The translations under genes were made by a program, and so were the position numbers. Source: a virus (lineage: Duplodnaviria > Caudoviricetes). From it: DNA of 57,928 bases. Shown one piece after another: positions 1 to 8,774 of the stretch. The notes beneath the pieces were generated by a model. It searched no databases, was not told where the DNA came from, and worked only from the letters and a program-made list of their open reading frames with translations. Location: IMG/VR virus record IMGVR_UViG_3300045747_000102, positions 1 to 57,928 of that record. One strand, 5' to 3'. Every line of letters starts with the position of its first letter. Positions within the stretch are counted from its first letter, which is position 1.

Positions 1-459
1 CTTAACAACGTTCGCGTTATTTGGGGTGACGGTATTAACTCTGTGTCTCTTTCTAGCATCCTTCGTTGTGTGGTTGACGTGGCTGGGTGGTCTGCCGATA
101 ACATAGCATTTGGTATGGGTGGTGGACTGCTCCAACAACTTGATCGCGATACACTGAAGTTTGCTATGAAGTGCTCTGCGGTTGGTGTTCGAACTCGCAT
201 GCCAGGTAGTACCTGGGACACCTACATTAAGTGGCGCGATGTGTTCAAGGACCCAGCAACTGATCCTGGTAAGGCTTCGAAGAAGGGACGTGTATCACTT
301 TACACCTCTGGTGGTGAATATGAAACCTCTACAGTCCCATCACACAGATGGACGGATAAAGGTTTCCAATGGGTAAGTGCAATGGAAACATACTTTGAAG
401 ATGGTGAAGTGAAATTCACACAGACCTTTGACGAAGTTCGTGCAAATTCTAACAAATAG
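1..459 (+). CDS. nadV: Nicotinamide phosphoribosyltransferase (NAMPT/NadV), C-terminal part; 5' end outside window
   Basis: Frame open from base 1: VRVIWGDGI...WSADNIAFGMGGGLLQQLDRDTLKFAMKCSA...VFKDPATDPGKASKKGR, all typical NAMPT C-terminal motifs. Confidence 0.92.
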   Translation, partial: LNNVRVIWGDGINSVSLSSILRCVVDVAGWSADNIAFGMGGGLLQQLDRDTLKFAMKCSAVGVRTRMPGSTWDTYIKWRDVFKDPATDPGKASKKGRVSLYTSGGEYETSTVPSHRWTDKGFQWVSAMETYFEDGEVKFTQTFDEVRANSNK

Positions 460-467
460 GAAATAAA

Positions 468-1001
468 ATGGCCACCGTGAAGATTCCCAAACAACTATAT
501 ATCGTCTCTAAGAATGTGATTGACAGAGAATGGTCCACGCCGGACTATAAAACTTGTACCGAGACTGCGCATAACTTTGGGTTTCTTCATCCCCATGAAC
601 CGACTCTGAAACCAGATGCAAAACGTAAGCAGACTCAGCATGACTGGGCATACTCTGGAGAACAATATCTCCGTGATGGCGTCTGGTGTGTAAAGGGTAG
701 TGATCGTGAATGGCGGCATGGCGATAATCAATGGAAGGTCACTTACTATGACAAGCCGATTGAACCTGAATATGCACCTCGTATCTGGGTGAATGAACCT
801 TTAACTGGTTTCAAGATCATTGATACTGTGAACCGTTACCGCGGTAATAAGCTATTCAAAGTACTTGATCCGCGTGGACTGGAGTTTGAAATAACAGTTG
901 CTTCACTCTTTGAAATCATTCAGATTGGTACAATTGAGAACGGTATCATTAAATCTGCCTGTGTTTGGAAAGCAAACAAGAACCTAGTAGTTGTGGAGTA
1001 A
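468..1001 (+). CDS. Hypothetical phage protein
   Basis: 177-aa ORF with AGGA SD, in operon after nadV. Confidence 0.7.
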   Translation: MATVKIPKQLYIVSKNVIDREWSTPDYKTCTETAHNFGFLHPHEPTLKPDAKRKQTQHDWAYSGEQYLRDGVWCVKGSDREWRHGDNQWKVTYYDKPIEPEYAPRIWVNEPLTGFKIIDTVNRYRGNKLFKVLDPRGLEFEITVASLFEIIQIGTIENGIIKSACVWKANKNLVVVE

Positions 1002-1004
1002 ATT

Positions 1005-1205
1005 ATGTTTAAAGATAGACGTGTGTTGATGGAGCAGGAAATAGTTAATCACAAGATCAACTGTGGTCTTATGTATAAGAAAATTGTGATGGGCATGGCT
1101 GATGCTAATGACTCTAAAATCTATGAGTCCATGAAACTCAAGCTTATGGATATGAGCATTGAGCTTGGGATCGTTGACCAGATGATTGCTCAAGGTGCCG
1201 AATAA
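1005..1205 (+). CDS. Hypothetical protein
   Basis: 66-aa ORF packed between neighbours. Confidence 0.6.
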   Translation: MFKDRRVLMEQEIVNHKINCGLMYKKIVMGMADANDSKIYESMKLKLMDMSIELGIVDQMIAQGAE

Positions 1206-1208
1206 GAT

Positions 1209-1237
1209 TTTACACAAATTGCTACATGTGATATAAT
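1209..1237 (+). promoter_or_regulatory. Early sigma70-type promoter (class 1)
   Basis: TTTACA(1209-14)-N17-TATAAT(1232-37); next ATG 7 nt after the -10 box. Confidence 0.8.
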
Positions 1238-1243
1238 GTACCT

Positions 1244-2059
1244 ATGACAAAAATTGTAGTAGTTTCAGACTTGCACCTCGAGTTTCAGTCGCTCGAAATC
1301 AAAAATATCAACTCAGCGGATGTTCTCATCCTGTCGGGCGATATCGTAGTCGTCGATGACATCTCTGAGACCAATGTGGAGTCGGCTCATCGGTATATCT
1401 GCACACAAAAGTACAGGCAGTTCTTTGAGCAAGTAGCCTCAGAGTTCAAGCACGTAATCTATGTTGCAGGAAATCATGAGTTCTACCACGGCAAATGGGA
1501 AAAGTCTATTGTACAGCTTCGCGAGTTTCTAGTAGAGATTCCGAACGTACATTTCCTGGAACGAGAACATATCATCATTGATGACGTTCTTTACCTTGGT
1601 GGAACTCTGTGGACCGACATGAATAAATGTGATCCACTGACTCTGCATGCTACCCAGGATATGATGAACGACTTCCGAATCATCCGTAATGATGCTGTAG
1701 GATACCGCAAGCTCCGTCCCTCAGATACAGTGGTTCGTTTTCGGCATACTATGGGATATTTCAAGTTACTGCTTGAGATGCATCCAGATAAGAAAGCAGT
1801 CTTGGTCTGCCATCACGCGCCGCACCAGAGATCTATCCACGAGGACTATGTTAACGATTATCTGATGAACGGAGCCTATGCTTCTGACATCTCTGAGTTT
1901 ATCTTGGATCATCCACAGATCAAGCTGGTAACCCACGGCCACATGCACACCTCATCGTTCTATATGATCGGAGATACGCAGGTGGTATGTAATCCACGTG
2001 GTTATGCTCCAAACGACTTAAACGGCGATTTCGACCCATTTCTTATTGCCCAGATTTAA
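1244..2059 (+). CDS. Calcineurin-like metallophosphoesterase
   Basis: Motifs SDLH, GD, GNHE, HH, HGHMH, NPRGY. Confidence 0.9.
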   Translation: MTKIVVVSDLHLEFQSLEIKNINSADVLILSGDIVVVDDISETNVESAHRYICTQKYRQFFEQVASEFKHVIYVAGNHEFYHGKWEKSIVQLREFLVEIPNVHFLEREHIIIDDVLYLGGTLWTDMNKCDPLTLHATQDMMNDFRIIRNDAVGYRKLRPSDTVVRFRHTMGYFKLLLEMHPDKKAVLVCHHAPHQRSIHEDYVNDYLMNGAYASDISEFILDHPQIKLVTHGHMHTSSFYMIGDTQVVCNPRGYAPNDLNGDFDPFLIAQI

Positions 2060-2088
2060 TTTACACATATTCCTGTCTATGATATAAT
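2060..2088 (+). promoter_or_regulatory. Early promoter (class 1)
   Basis: TTTACAcatattcc...TATAAT with 17-nt spacer, immediately after the TAA of the upstream gene. Confidence 0.85.
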
Positions 2089-2094
2089 AATTCC

Positions 2095-2316
2095 ATGGAC
2101 AAACAAGGAAATGCAATGTTTACGGTTATTCGGGTGTATAGCAGAACAGAAGATGATTTTGTGGCCGTGGTGTCGGGTAGCTACATCAAGCGCACATACT
2201 TTCATGTGAGTGAGTTTGTGGTGGCAGATATCATGCAGACTGCTGGTGCTGATGTGGTCATTGGATCTTCATTGTCAAAGACACAGTTCAAACGTACCTA
2301 TAGGCGTTCGGTGTAA
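2095..2316 (+). CDS. Hypothetical early protein (true start may be ATG 2116 after AAGGA SD)
   Basis: ORF directly downstream of early promoter. Confidence 0.6.
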   Translation: MDKQGNAMFTVIRVYSRTEDDFVAVVSGSYIKRTYFHVSEFVVADIMQTAGADVVIGSSLSKTQFKRTYRRSV

Positions 2317-2317
2317 A

Positions 2318-2659
2318 ATGAAATTCCTACAAGAAATTACCGATTGGGACTTCAATCATCTGTATGTCACGGATGATGCCAAGAGTACAATGTATGCATA
2401 CATGAAGAATGGATCAACTGGTTTCTTTGTGTTCTCAAAACCAATCAAGTTCTCTACCTCTGGCCGCAAATTCCGTGAAGTGCCGAATACGTTTGGTTTT
2501 CATCTTGAAGAAGCTAAGGAACCTGGAGCTGTGGAAACTAAAGTACTCGGCTCGAAAGGTGAGCTGTATATTGTGACCGAACTGAAAGGAAATTACTCCA
2601 GTACATGTACTGGGTTCAAATTCCGATCCAAATGTAAACATATTGAAAGTGTAAAATGA
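2318..2659 (+). CDS. SWIM-type zinc-finger protein (degenerate first Cys)
   Basis: V.GSKG..Y.V...STCTGFKFRSKCKH C-terminal motif; start moved to ATG 2318, right after upstream stop. Confidence 0.65.
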   Translation: MKFLQEITDWDFNHLYVTDDAKSTMYAYMKNGSTGFFVFSKPIKFSTSGRKFREVPNTFGFHLEEAKEPGAVETKVLGSKGELYIVTELKGNYSSTCTGFKFRSKCKHIESVK

Positions 2660-2844
2660 TTGATAAAGAATCAGCAGAACGTTTGAAGGCATTTATCGTC
2701 GCCAACTTTATGGGTGTGGCAAATCATCGTACCGAAGGTGGATGTGATACCTGTGGTTATGGTGGTTCTGAATATTCAGAAGTGGACTTGGAAGGTGCAT
2801 TGTCACTAGTGGATGATTTCTTGGCATCCGAGGACAACAAATGA
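2656..2844 (+). CDS. Hypothetical protein with CxxC motif
   Basis: GGCDTCGYG; ATGA overlaps on both sides. Confidence 0.6.
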   Translation: MIDKESAERLKAFIVANFMGVANHRTEGGCDTCGYGGSEYSEVDLEGALSLVDDFLASEDNK

Positions 2845-3071
2845 ACCGTGAACTATTAACCAAATTATACTCTGATGCAGTTGAGTACTGTGTTGCACAA
2901 CCTCCAAATGCAGATGGAACAAGCAAAGCATGGCTGTGGGAAGAGAAGTTTGCCGAGTTGATCGTGCTGCAGTGTGGTGTTGCACTAAATCACAACTATC
3001 CACCCGATGATCTTCTTCCAATTAACGAGGTGATGCATTGTCTTAAAGAACATTTTGGAGTTGAAGAATGA
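2841..3071 (+). CDS. Hypothetical phage protein (EKFAELIV..C / HFGVE family), paralogue 1
   Basis: EKFAELIVLQC...LKEHFGVEE. Confidence 0.7.
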   Translation: MNRELLTKLYSDAVEYCVAQPPNADGTSKAWLWEEKFAELIVLQCGVALNHNYPPDDLLPINEVMHCLKEHFGVEE

Positions 3072-3271
3072 ACGACCTCATTTGGGATTTGTTTAAACAA
3101 TCCGGAATTGATATTGGTGAAGATCAAGAAGGCAATGTCGAAAAGTTCACCGGTCTGATTGTCAAGGAATGTGCTAATTTTGTTGAGAACACATTTGATG
3201 ACGACGGCGGGCACGCCTCTTGCAAAGATTACGCAGAGGGACTCAAAGAATATTTTGGAGTGAAAGAATGA
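3068..3271 (+). CDS. Hypothetical phage protein, paralogue 2 of previous gene
   Basis: EKFTGLIVKEC...LKEYFGVKE. Confidence 0.7.
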   Translation: MNDLIWDLFKQSGIDIGEDQEGNVEKFTGLIVKECANFVENTFDDDGGHASCKDYAEGLKEYFGVKE

Positions 3272-3341
3272 TGTGGTTATCTGTTGTACTGTTTGCCCTT
3301 GCTATTGTATGGGCATGTGAAGGATTTGATGGAGAATATAG

Positions 3342-3554
3342 ATGAAAATGCAAATAGAAGTTAGACATATCCAACTTGGACATAAATGGCACTCCGAAGT
3401 CGTCGAGGTTACTCAGGAAGAATTTGCCACGGCCACTGCTGTGATAAAAGAAAGTCTTGATAAGTTAACTTACCTTGAAATGGATGGTGATATTCTTCCA
3501 GGTGAATTCATTCGGAATCACTGTGTAATTTCTTTCCACTCTTGGGACGACTAA
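3342..3554 (+). CDS. Hypothetical protein
   Basis: 70-aa ORF with GGAG SD. Confidence 0.6.
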   Translation: MKMQIEVRHIQLGHKWHSEVVEVTQEEFATATAVIKESLDKLTYLEMDGDILPGEFIRNHCVISFHSWDD

Positions 3555-3555
3555 T

Positions 3556-3738
3556 ATGTTTCAAACAATTTTTGTTTCATCGCTTATTGGTGCTCTCTTA
3601 TTTTTCTTGGCTGTTGTAGGTGATCTGAATAAATCGGTGAAATATGACAAAGCAATTGCTGCTTGTGAACTGAAACTTCCCCGTGATCAGCATTGTGAAA
3701 TTTCAGCTGTACCTGAGGTGAAGAAAAATGGCAACTGA
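3556..3738 (+). CDS. Small membrane-anchored protein
   Basis: N-terminal hydrophobic helix, CExxLPRxQxC motif. Confidence 0.65.
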   Translation: MFQTIFVSSLIGALLFFLAVVGDLNKSVKYDKAIAACELKLPRDQHCEISAVPEVKKNGN

Positions 3739-3934
3739 TATGCTGAACCGAGAAATTCGGATCAATGATTACGTTGTTTCTTATAACAATCTATATGTTG
3801 TTCTGAACACCAACAAGACCAATGCCAAAATCAAGCTGGTGAATCCAAGTCCCACATCTCGATCACAGATGCGGTACGGCAAAGAAATGGTCATCGTCGA
3901 CCCAGATGCCGTGGTAGCTATACTCGGGCTTTAA
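3728..3934 (+). CDS. Hypothetical protein
   Basis: 68-aa ORF with GAGG SD; TAA abuts next promoter. Confidence 0.6.
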   Translation: MATDMLNREIRINDYVVSYNNLYVVLNTNKTNAKIKLVNPSPTSRSQMRYGKEMVIVDPDAVVAILGL

Positions 3935-3963
3935 TTTACACATATTCCTGGGTGTAGTATAAT
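3935..3963 (+). promoter_or_regulatory. Early promoter (class 1)
   Basis: TTTACAcatattcctgggtgtagTATAAT. Confidence 0.85.
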
Positions 3964-3997
3964 AGACCCTACCAACCAAATCACAAAGGAATCTGAA

Positions 3998-4342
3998 ATG
4001 TCTAAAGCCCCACGCAACTCTTGGTCCATTCTCCCTGCAGGTGAATGTCTTTTTGACTCTCCGAAAGTCACATTGGATCAAGTGATGAATTTTTGGAATA
4101 AAGGTACTGTGGTTGTTTGCAAGAAAGCCAACGGCGGCATCGGTTTCATTGCTGGTGGTTCGGGTAATTATGCAAAGATTGGTGATTTCCATGAATGTCA
4201 TCACGATCAAACCTGGAGAAAGATGGGCGAATGGGAAATCATTGCACAAGTCAAGTATCAAACTGTGAATGGTGAGATCGTTATGGACGTTGAAGGTTCG
4301 ATCGACGGCATCAAGAAGGCTTCTCTCCACGTGTTCAAGTAA
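3998..4342 (+). CDS. Hypothetical early protein
   Basis: AAGGA SD; single gene between two promoters. Confidence 0.7.
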   Translation: MSKAPRNSWSILPAGECLFDSPKVTLDQVMNFWNKGTVVVCKKANGGIGFIAGGSGNYAKIGDFHECHHDQTWRKMGEWEIIAQVKYQTVNGEIVMDVEGSIDGIKKASLHVFK

Positions 4343-4371
4343 TTTACACATATTGCTTAGTGTAGTATAAT
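4343..4371 (+). promoter_or_regulatory. Early promoter (class 1)
   Basis: TTTACAcatattgcttagtgtagTATAAT. Confidence 0.85.
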
Positions 4372-4400
4372 AGACCCATACCGAAACACAAAGGCACAAA

Positions 4401-4559
4401 ATGGAATACACAATCTTGAATTCTAATGAGTTTATCAAACTCATACAGATGGTTAATCATGCTATAGCAAAAGGCTGGGCACCCCAAGGTGGAGTTACCG
4501 TTGGTATGGATCAGGGTTACCAAGTGTACGCCCAGGCTATGATCAAGGAAGCAAAATGA
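4401..4559 (+). CDS. Small DUF1737-like protein (not in ORF track)
   Basis: MEYTILNSNEFIKLIQMVNHAIAKGWAPQGGVTVGMDQGYQVYAQAMIKEAK; AAGG SD; GW.PQGG / YAQAM pattern. Confidence 0.6.
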   Translation: MEYTILNSNEFIKLIQMVNHAIAKGWAPQGGVTVGMDQGYQVYAQAMIKEAK

Positions 4560-4840
4560 GAGGCAAATATTCTCCCACTGTGTCTGCCGCATATCAGGCA
4601 GATCAAGAATGGTGGCACAAGTATTCCCGTGAAGCCGAAGAATGGACTCAGTATGATCCAGAAGGCTACGATTCTTACGGCTACGATGTGAATGACACAG
4701 ATCGTGCCGGAAACCAGGAACATGAGTATTACTACAACGATGCTCCAATCGATTCGAATGAAGACTACAACTGGGCATACTCCGAAGCCTATCAAGCTTG
4801 GGATTTTGACGGAACAAAACCTGTACTGAGAACTGTATGA
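4556..4840 (+). CDS. Acidic Tyr/Asp-rich protein with YDxxG repeats
   Basis: YDPEGYDSYGYDVNDTDRAG. Confidence 0.65.
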   Translation: MRGKYSPTVSAAYQADQEWWHKYSREAEEWTQYDPEGYDSYGYDVNDTDRAGNQEHEYYYNDAPIDSNEDYNWAYSEAYQAWDFDGTKPVLRTV

Positions 4841-5043
4841 TTTCTACTACTTACAATTGCATCACTCCGACGATTCGGATTATGTACACCAACGATCCGG
4901 TGGAAGATGCCAATGATGTTCAGGTGCAACGTTTCATAGCATTTGAATGGAAAATGGTCCGAGGATTTAATAGCTTGTCCGACGACTATGCTTATACAAA
5001 CGCGAAAGAATATGCTCGGAAACTTGCTGGAGAATCGAAATGA
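4837..5043 (+). CDS. Hypothetical protein
   Basis: ATGA-coupled ORF. Confidence 0.55.
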   Translation: MISTTYNCITPTIRIMYTNDPVEDANDVQVQRFIAFEWKMVRGFNSLSDDYAYTNAKEYARKLAGESK

Positions 5044-5255
5044 TTTACTTGTTAATCTCGGCTGTATGCCTATCACTGTATATCCTGATCAATTGGTGGG
5101 ATAAAGAGGATCTTACTCTTGGCATGTTTGGCATGCTTTTGATGGTCGCTGCAATACCGATAGTGAATCTATTTGTGCTGGCACTGCTTGTTGTTGCAAC
5201 ATTCCAAGATAACAGACCCGGAACGGTCATCACAATTTTGAAAGGCCGGAAATGA
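5040..5255 (+). CDS. Small membrane protein (2 TM)
   Basis: Two hydrophobic stretches, IPIVNL motif. Confidence 0.6.
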   Translation: MIYLLISAVCLSLYILINWWDKEDLTLGMFGMLLMVAAIPIVNLFVLALLVVATFQDNRPGTVITILKGRK

Positions 5256-5361
5256 AAACAACTTTATACACCGTTGCTGTGGTAGCATTCATGACTGTAA
5301 TGTTCCTGCCGGCACTATTTTGTATCGTCCGCGAGGAAGTAAAACATAAGCGAGGTCTCAA

Positions 5362-5649
5362 ATGACAGTGGAACCAATGACCCTAGAAGAACGAATTCAA
5401 ATCCATCGAGACTGGGTGAAAGAATTGGGCATCGAATCTCTGATCAAGCAATATGCCGAGTATCAGGTTTTTATGTCTAAGCGGTGCAAGGAACTTCGTG
5501 CAAGAATTGAAGAATTGGAACAGAATATTCAAGCGCCTGAGCCTAAATACACCGTTGGGCATTGTGCCAATAACAGAGTACCCGGTGGATGTCAACTACA
5601 TAACTTGCAATGTGGCTACCCAGATTGTGATAGAAAGAAAATAGAATGA
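5362..5649 (+). CDS. Coiled-coil protein with Cys/His-rich C-terminus
   Basis: HC...GGCQLHNLQCGYPDCD. Confidence 0.6.
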   Translation: MTVEPMTLEERIQIHRDWVKELGIESLIKQYAEYQVFMSKRCKELRARIEELEQNIQAPEPKYTVGHCANNRVPGGCQLHNLQCGYPDCDRKKIE

Positions 5650-5788
5650 AACTTCGTAAAATGAAGCGGAAGTTCTTCCAACACAACGTTGAGATTATAA
5701 ATTACAAAGGCTCACTGATTCTGGCGATTCCTTACTTTGTATCAAAGAAGGTTTCTTTTAAACGATTTATTGAAATACTGAAAGTTGT

Positions 5789-5959
5789 ATGACAAATGTA
5801 ATCCCATTCCAACCCGAGAAGATTCAACCTCGTTTTTGTTCGTTCTGCAAGAAACCCGAAGCGGATTGCAAGTCATTAATTAAATCCGGTGTGTCAAATC
5901 ACTGTATCTGCAATGAATGTATTACTCGATCAAAGAAAATATTGGATGAACTAAAATGA
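5789..5959 (+). CDS. Stand-alone ClpX-type C4 zinc-finger protein (not in ORF track)
   Basis: MTNVIPFQPEKIQPRFCSFCKKPEADCKSLIKSGVSNHCICNECITRSKKILDELK matches the ClpX N-domain pattern CSFC.K......LI.G....IC.EC; ATGA overlaps on both sides. Confidence 0.75.
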   Translation: MTNVIPFQPEKIQPRFCSFCKKPEADCKSLIKSGVSNHCICNECITRSKKILDELK

Positions 5960-6390
5960 AAAAACTTATCGTAGCTCTTGCCCTATTCACTTCCCTGGCT
6001 GTTTCGGCCGAATTGAAAGATTGGTCCGTACTCTCAGGCCCTCCTACAGTAAACAGTACACTAGCATATACGATTATACCTTCTACGGTTGAATCTGTGC
6101 AGACAAATACCGGTCCAGAAACTTGGATTGTAGTTGAAGTATTTCAAGTTGGTACTCCCACAGATATTGTACGGCGCAGAATTCGTACCACTGGTTGTAA
6201 TGTTGGTACAGGAAAAACTACCATGGCGAATATGGATGGTTCGTTCATTAAAGAAAATCCTGTATGGGACTGGGACAAAGGTGGAGACAAGATCTATGAT
6301 CAGATAGCAATTCAATCTTGTGTTGCAGAAATGGCCAAGAAGAAAGCACCAGAGATGAAGAAACAAAGCAACCAAGGACCAAATGTATGA
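5956..6390 (+). CDS. Exported/periplasmic protein
   Basis: Signal peptide MKKLIVALALFTSLAVSA; two Cys. Confidence 0.7.
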   Translation: MKKLIVALALFTSLAVSAELKDWSVLSGPPTVNSTLAYTIIPSTVESVQTNTGPETWIVVEVFQVGTPTDIVRRRIRTTGCNVGTGKTTMANMDGSFIKENPVWDWDKGGDKIYDQIAIQSCVAEMAKKKAPEMKKQSNQGPNV

Positions 6391-6647
6391 CTGACTATTC
6401 AGCAACACCAGCAGATCAATTTGACTACTCAGAATTATCCATGAAGTCCGGAACTCATCTTCCCGGCAGCATTGATAATTCTCAAATTACCTTTTTGAAA
6501 CCACCAGAGCCTGTCGGTTCTTGGGTACTTTATCCAGGTTCGCCTTGGGGAACTGTGCAGTTCCAAATGTACAAACGACCTACAGATGAGCAAATCAAGA
6601 ACACAGAAGAACTGCTCGGCTGGGGTTGGGTAGAGGCGAAGAAATAA
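6387..6647 (+). CDS. Hypothetical protein
   Basis: Start at ATG 6387 (ATGA overlap, AAGGA SD). Confidence 0.6.
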   Translation: MTDYSATPADQFDYSELSMKSGTHLPGSIDNSQITFLKPPEPVGSWVLYPGSPWGTVQFQMYKRPTDEQIKNTEELLGWGWVEAKK

Positions 6648-6676
6648 TTTACATATATTCTATTACCTGATATAAT
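6648..6676 (+). promoter_or_regulatory. Early promoter (class 1) for DNA ligase
   Basis: TTTACA-N17-TATAAT; ATG 7 nt after the -10 box. Confidence 0.8.
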
Positions 6677-6682
6677 CAATCT

Positions 6683-7981
6683 ATGAACATTACACAAATC
6701 CTCACAGAAATTGCCTCCGATCCGTCGACGAACGCAAAGAAGGCTATCATCGCTTCCAATGTCGGAAATGACCTCTTGAAGCAAGCATTCTTCTATGCAT
6801 ACAATCCGCGCTTCAACTTCTGGATCAAAGCAGATTCCCTGGCTACCAAGACTGGTAAAGCCAATGTCTCGGCCGAGACCTTCAAAGTTCTGGATCGCTT
6901 GGTAGCTCGCGAAGTCACCGGCAATGCAGCTCGTGAAGTTGTTACTGCTCATCTGAACACTCTGACTCAGGCAGACCAGCAACTCGTGATCAATATCATG
7001 AACCATGATCTGCGTTGTGGTGCTTCCGATACCCTCGCATCCAAAGTCTGGCCCAAGTTGGTCCCAGAATATCCCGTGATGCTGTGTGACAAATTCAACG
7101 AAAAGACTCGCAAGTATCTCGAGAAATTTGAGAACAAATGTGGTTACAATGTCTCACTGAAGGAAGATGGTGGCCGTGTTCTGATTACCGTGGAAGATGA
7201 CGGTAAAGTAGTTGCACGAAGCCGCAATGGTTCCGAGCTGAATGTATTCGGACTGTTTGATGCAGATTTCTCTGCTTGGCGCGGTATGGTGTTTGATGGT
7301 GAACTCATTATCAAGAATGCAGATGGTACTCCAGATCGTAAGTTCTCAAACGGCATTTACACCAAGCTGGTTCGCAATACTGCTACCAAAGATGAAGTAA
7401 ATAAGTTCACAATCGTTCTTTGGGATGTAATTTCACTTGAGCAATATCTTGGAGGTGTTGGTGAAGTAACCTATGCAGATCGTTGGGAGTCCTTGATCAA
7501 GGTTGCTCCTACTTGGTCCAAGCGCGTGAAGGTAGTCGAAGGCAAGAATGTCAAGACGATTGCCGAATGCCTTAAATTCTATGACGAAATGCGTGATCGC
7601 AAACAAGAAGGCGCAATTATCAAGGTGCTGGAATCTGTTTGGGAAGACAAACGCTCCAAGAACTCCGTGAAGCTGAAAGCCGAAGAATCTGCCGACCTGC
7701 TGTGTATCGGAACTGAACCGGGCCAAGGTAAATATGCTGGAATGATCGGTAATCTGATCTGCTCCACTTCTTGTGGTAAATTGGTGACTGGTGTCGGTAC
7801 CGGCCTGAAGGATGATGACCGCGCCAAAGACCCATCTGAATATGTCGGCAAGATCATCGAAGTCGGTTATAATGAAGTCATCTCGGCCAAAGGTCGCGAT
7901 ACAATGAGTTTGTTTCTCCCAGTGTATAAACAAGTTCGATTCGACAAATCTGTTGCAAATTCTCTAAAGGAACTCAAATGA
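6683..7981 (+). CDS. 30: ATP-dependent DNA ligase (T4 gp30-like)
   Basis: KEDGGR adenylation motif, SRNG, FDGEL, EGAIIK, VKLK, SLFLPV. Confidence 0.95.
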   Translation: MNITQILTEIASDPSTNAKKAIIASNVGNDLLKQAFFYAYNPRFNFWIKADSLATKTGKANVSAETFKVLDRLVAREVTGNAAREVVTAHLNTLTQADQQLVINIMNHDLRCGASDTLASKVWPKLVPEYPVMLCDKFNEKTRKYLEKFENKCGYNVSLKEDGGRVLITVEDDGKVVARSRNGSELNVFGLFDADFSAWRGMVFDGELIIKNADGTPDRKFSNGIYTKLVRNTATKDEVNKFTIVLWDVISLEQYLGGVGEVTYADRWESLIKVAPTWSKRVKVVEGKNVKTIAECLKFYDEMRDRKQEGAIIKVLESVWEDKRSKNSVKLKAEESADLLCIGTEPGQGKYAGMIGNLICSTSCGKLVTGVGTGLKDDDRAKDPSEYVGKIIEVGYNEVISAKGRDTMSLFLPVYKQVRFDKSVANSLKELK

Positions 7982-8253
7982 AAGATATGTGGGGCAAAAC
8001 TGCCTACGTTGGTGTTACGTTTGTACATCCACTCCGTCAAAGTTCTTCTATTTGGATGAACCGATATGAAATTGTTTCTATCGATGAAGAAGCAGAAACA
8101 ATCAAGGCTCGCCAAATAAACCCCAAGAATTCTTTGACTTATAAAGTCTGGGATGGTTCTACCTACCGTGATATGACAGTCGAAGAACGCGCCAAGGTAC
8201 AATCAAAGACAGTGACAATTACTACATTCTCTAACCGTTCAACAATTTTATAA
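7978..8253 (+). CDS. Hypothetical protein
   Basis: ATGA-coupled to ligase. Confidence 0.6.
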   Translation: MKDMWGKTAYVGVTFVHPLRQSSSIWMNRYEIVSIDEEAETIKARQINPKNSLTYKVWDGSTYRDMTVEERAKVQSKTVTITTFSNRSTIL

Positions 8254-8269
8254 ACAAGGAAAACTTAAA

Positions 8270-8554
8270 ATGACAAAATTCATATTTCAAACACAAGACG
8301 AAGACGAAGGCGCCATCACAACAATAGAATTCGAGTCCGATGTTTGGCTCGATGCATTCCCACACTTCTTGAATCTCATGCGGGCTTCTGGTTTTGCCAT
8401 TGATTTTGGTACTGCTTTGTATTCGCCAAAGGCATCCGAAAGCCTGTTCTCCGATCGCGACTTCATGCTTTTTGATTCCGATTTGAAACAAGTATGCAAA
8501 GGTGATTGTGAACACTCAAAAGAGTATTATTGTGGTGTCGGACGCAACAGTTAA
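8270..8554 (+). CDS. Hypothetical protein
   Basis: AAGGA SD; F..LMRASGF pattern. Confidence 0.6.
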   Translation: MTKFIFQTQDEDEGAITTIEFESDVWLDAFPHFLNLMRASGFAIDFGTALYSPKASESLFSDRDFMLFDSDLKQVCKGDCEHSKEYYCGVGRNS

Positions 8555-8774
8555 GTCGGCGGATGGTGTCACAGGGCACCTTCTGTATGACATGGATGGC
8601 ATGTGGTATTTCCGCGTTTACACAGATGGGGAATTTACCGACTATGCCATATTTCACACTGATCTCTGTGTGACGATTACCGATCCAGATGCATTCTTCT
8701 ATAAAAAGGATTCGGGTCTATACCACAGCATCATTGATCATTCACCCCAAACATTAGGAATTGAAACTAAATGA
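8502..8774 (+). CDS. Hypothetical protein (start uncertain)
   Basis: ORF ends in ATGA overlap with next gene. Confidence 0.55.
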   Translation: MIVNTQKSIIVVSDATVKSADGVTGHLLYDMDGMWYFRVYTDGEFTDYAIFHTDLCVTITDPDAFFYKKDSGLYHSIIDHSPQTLGIETK

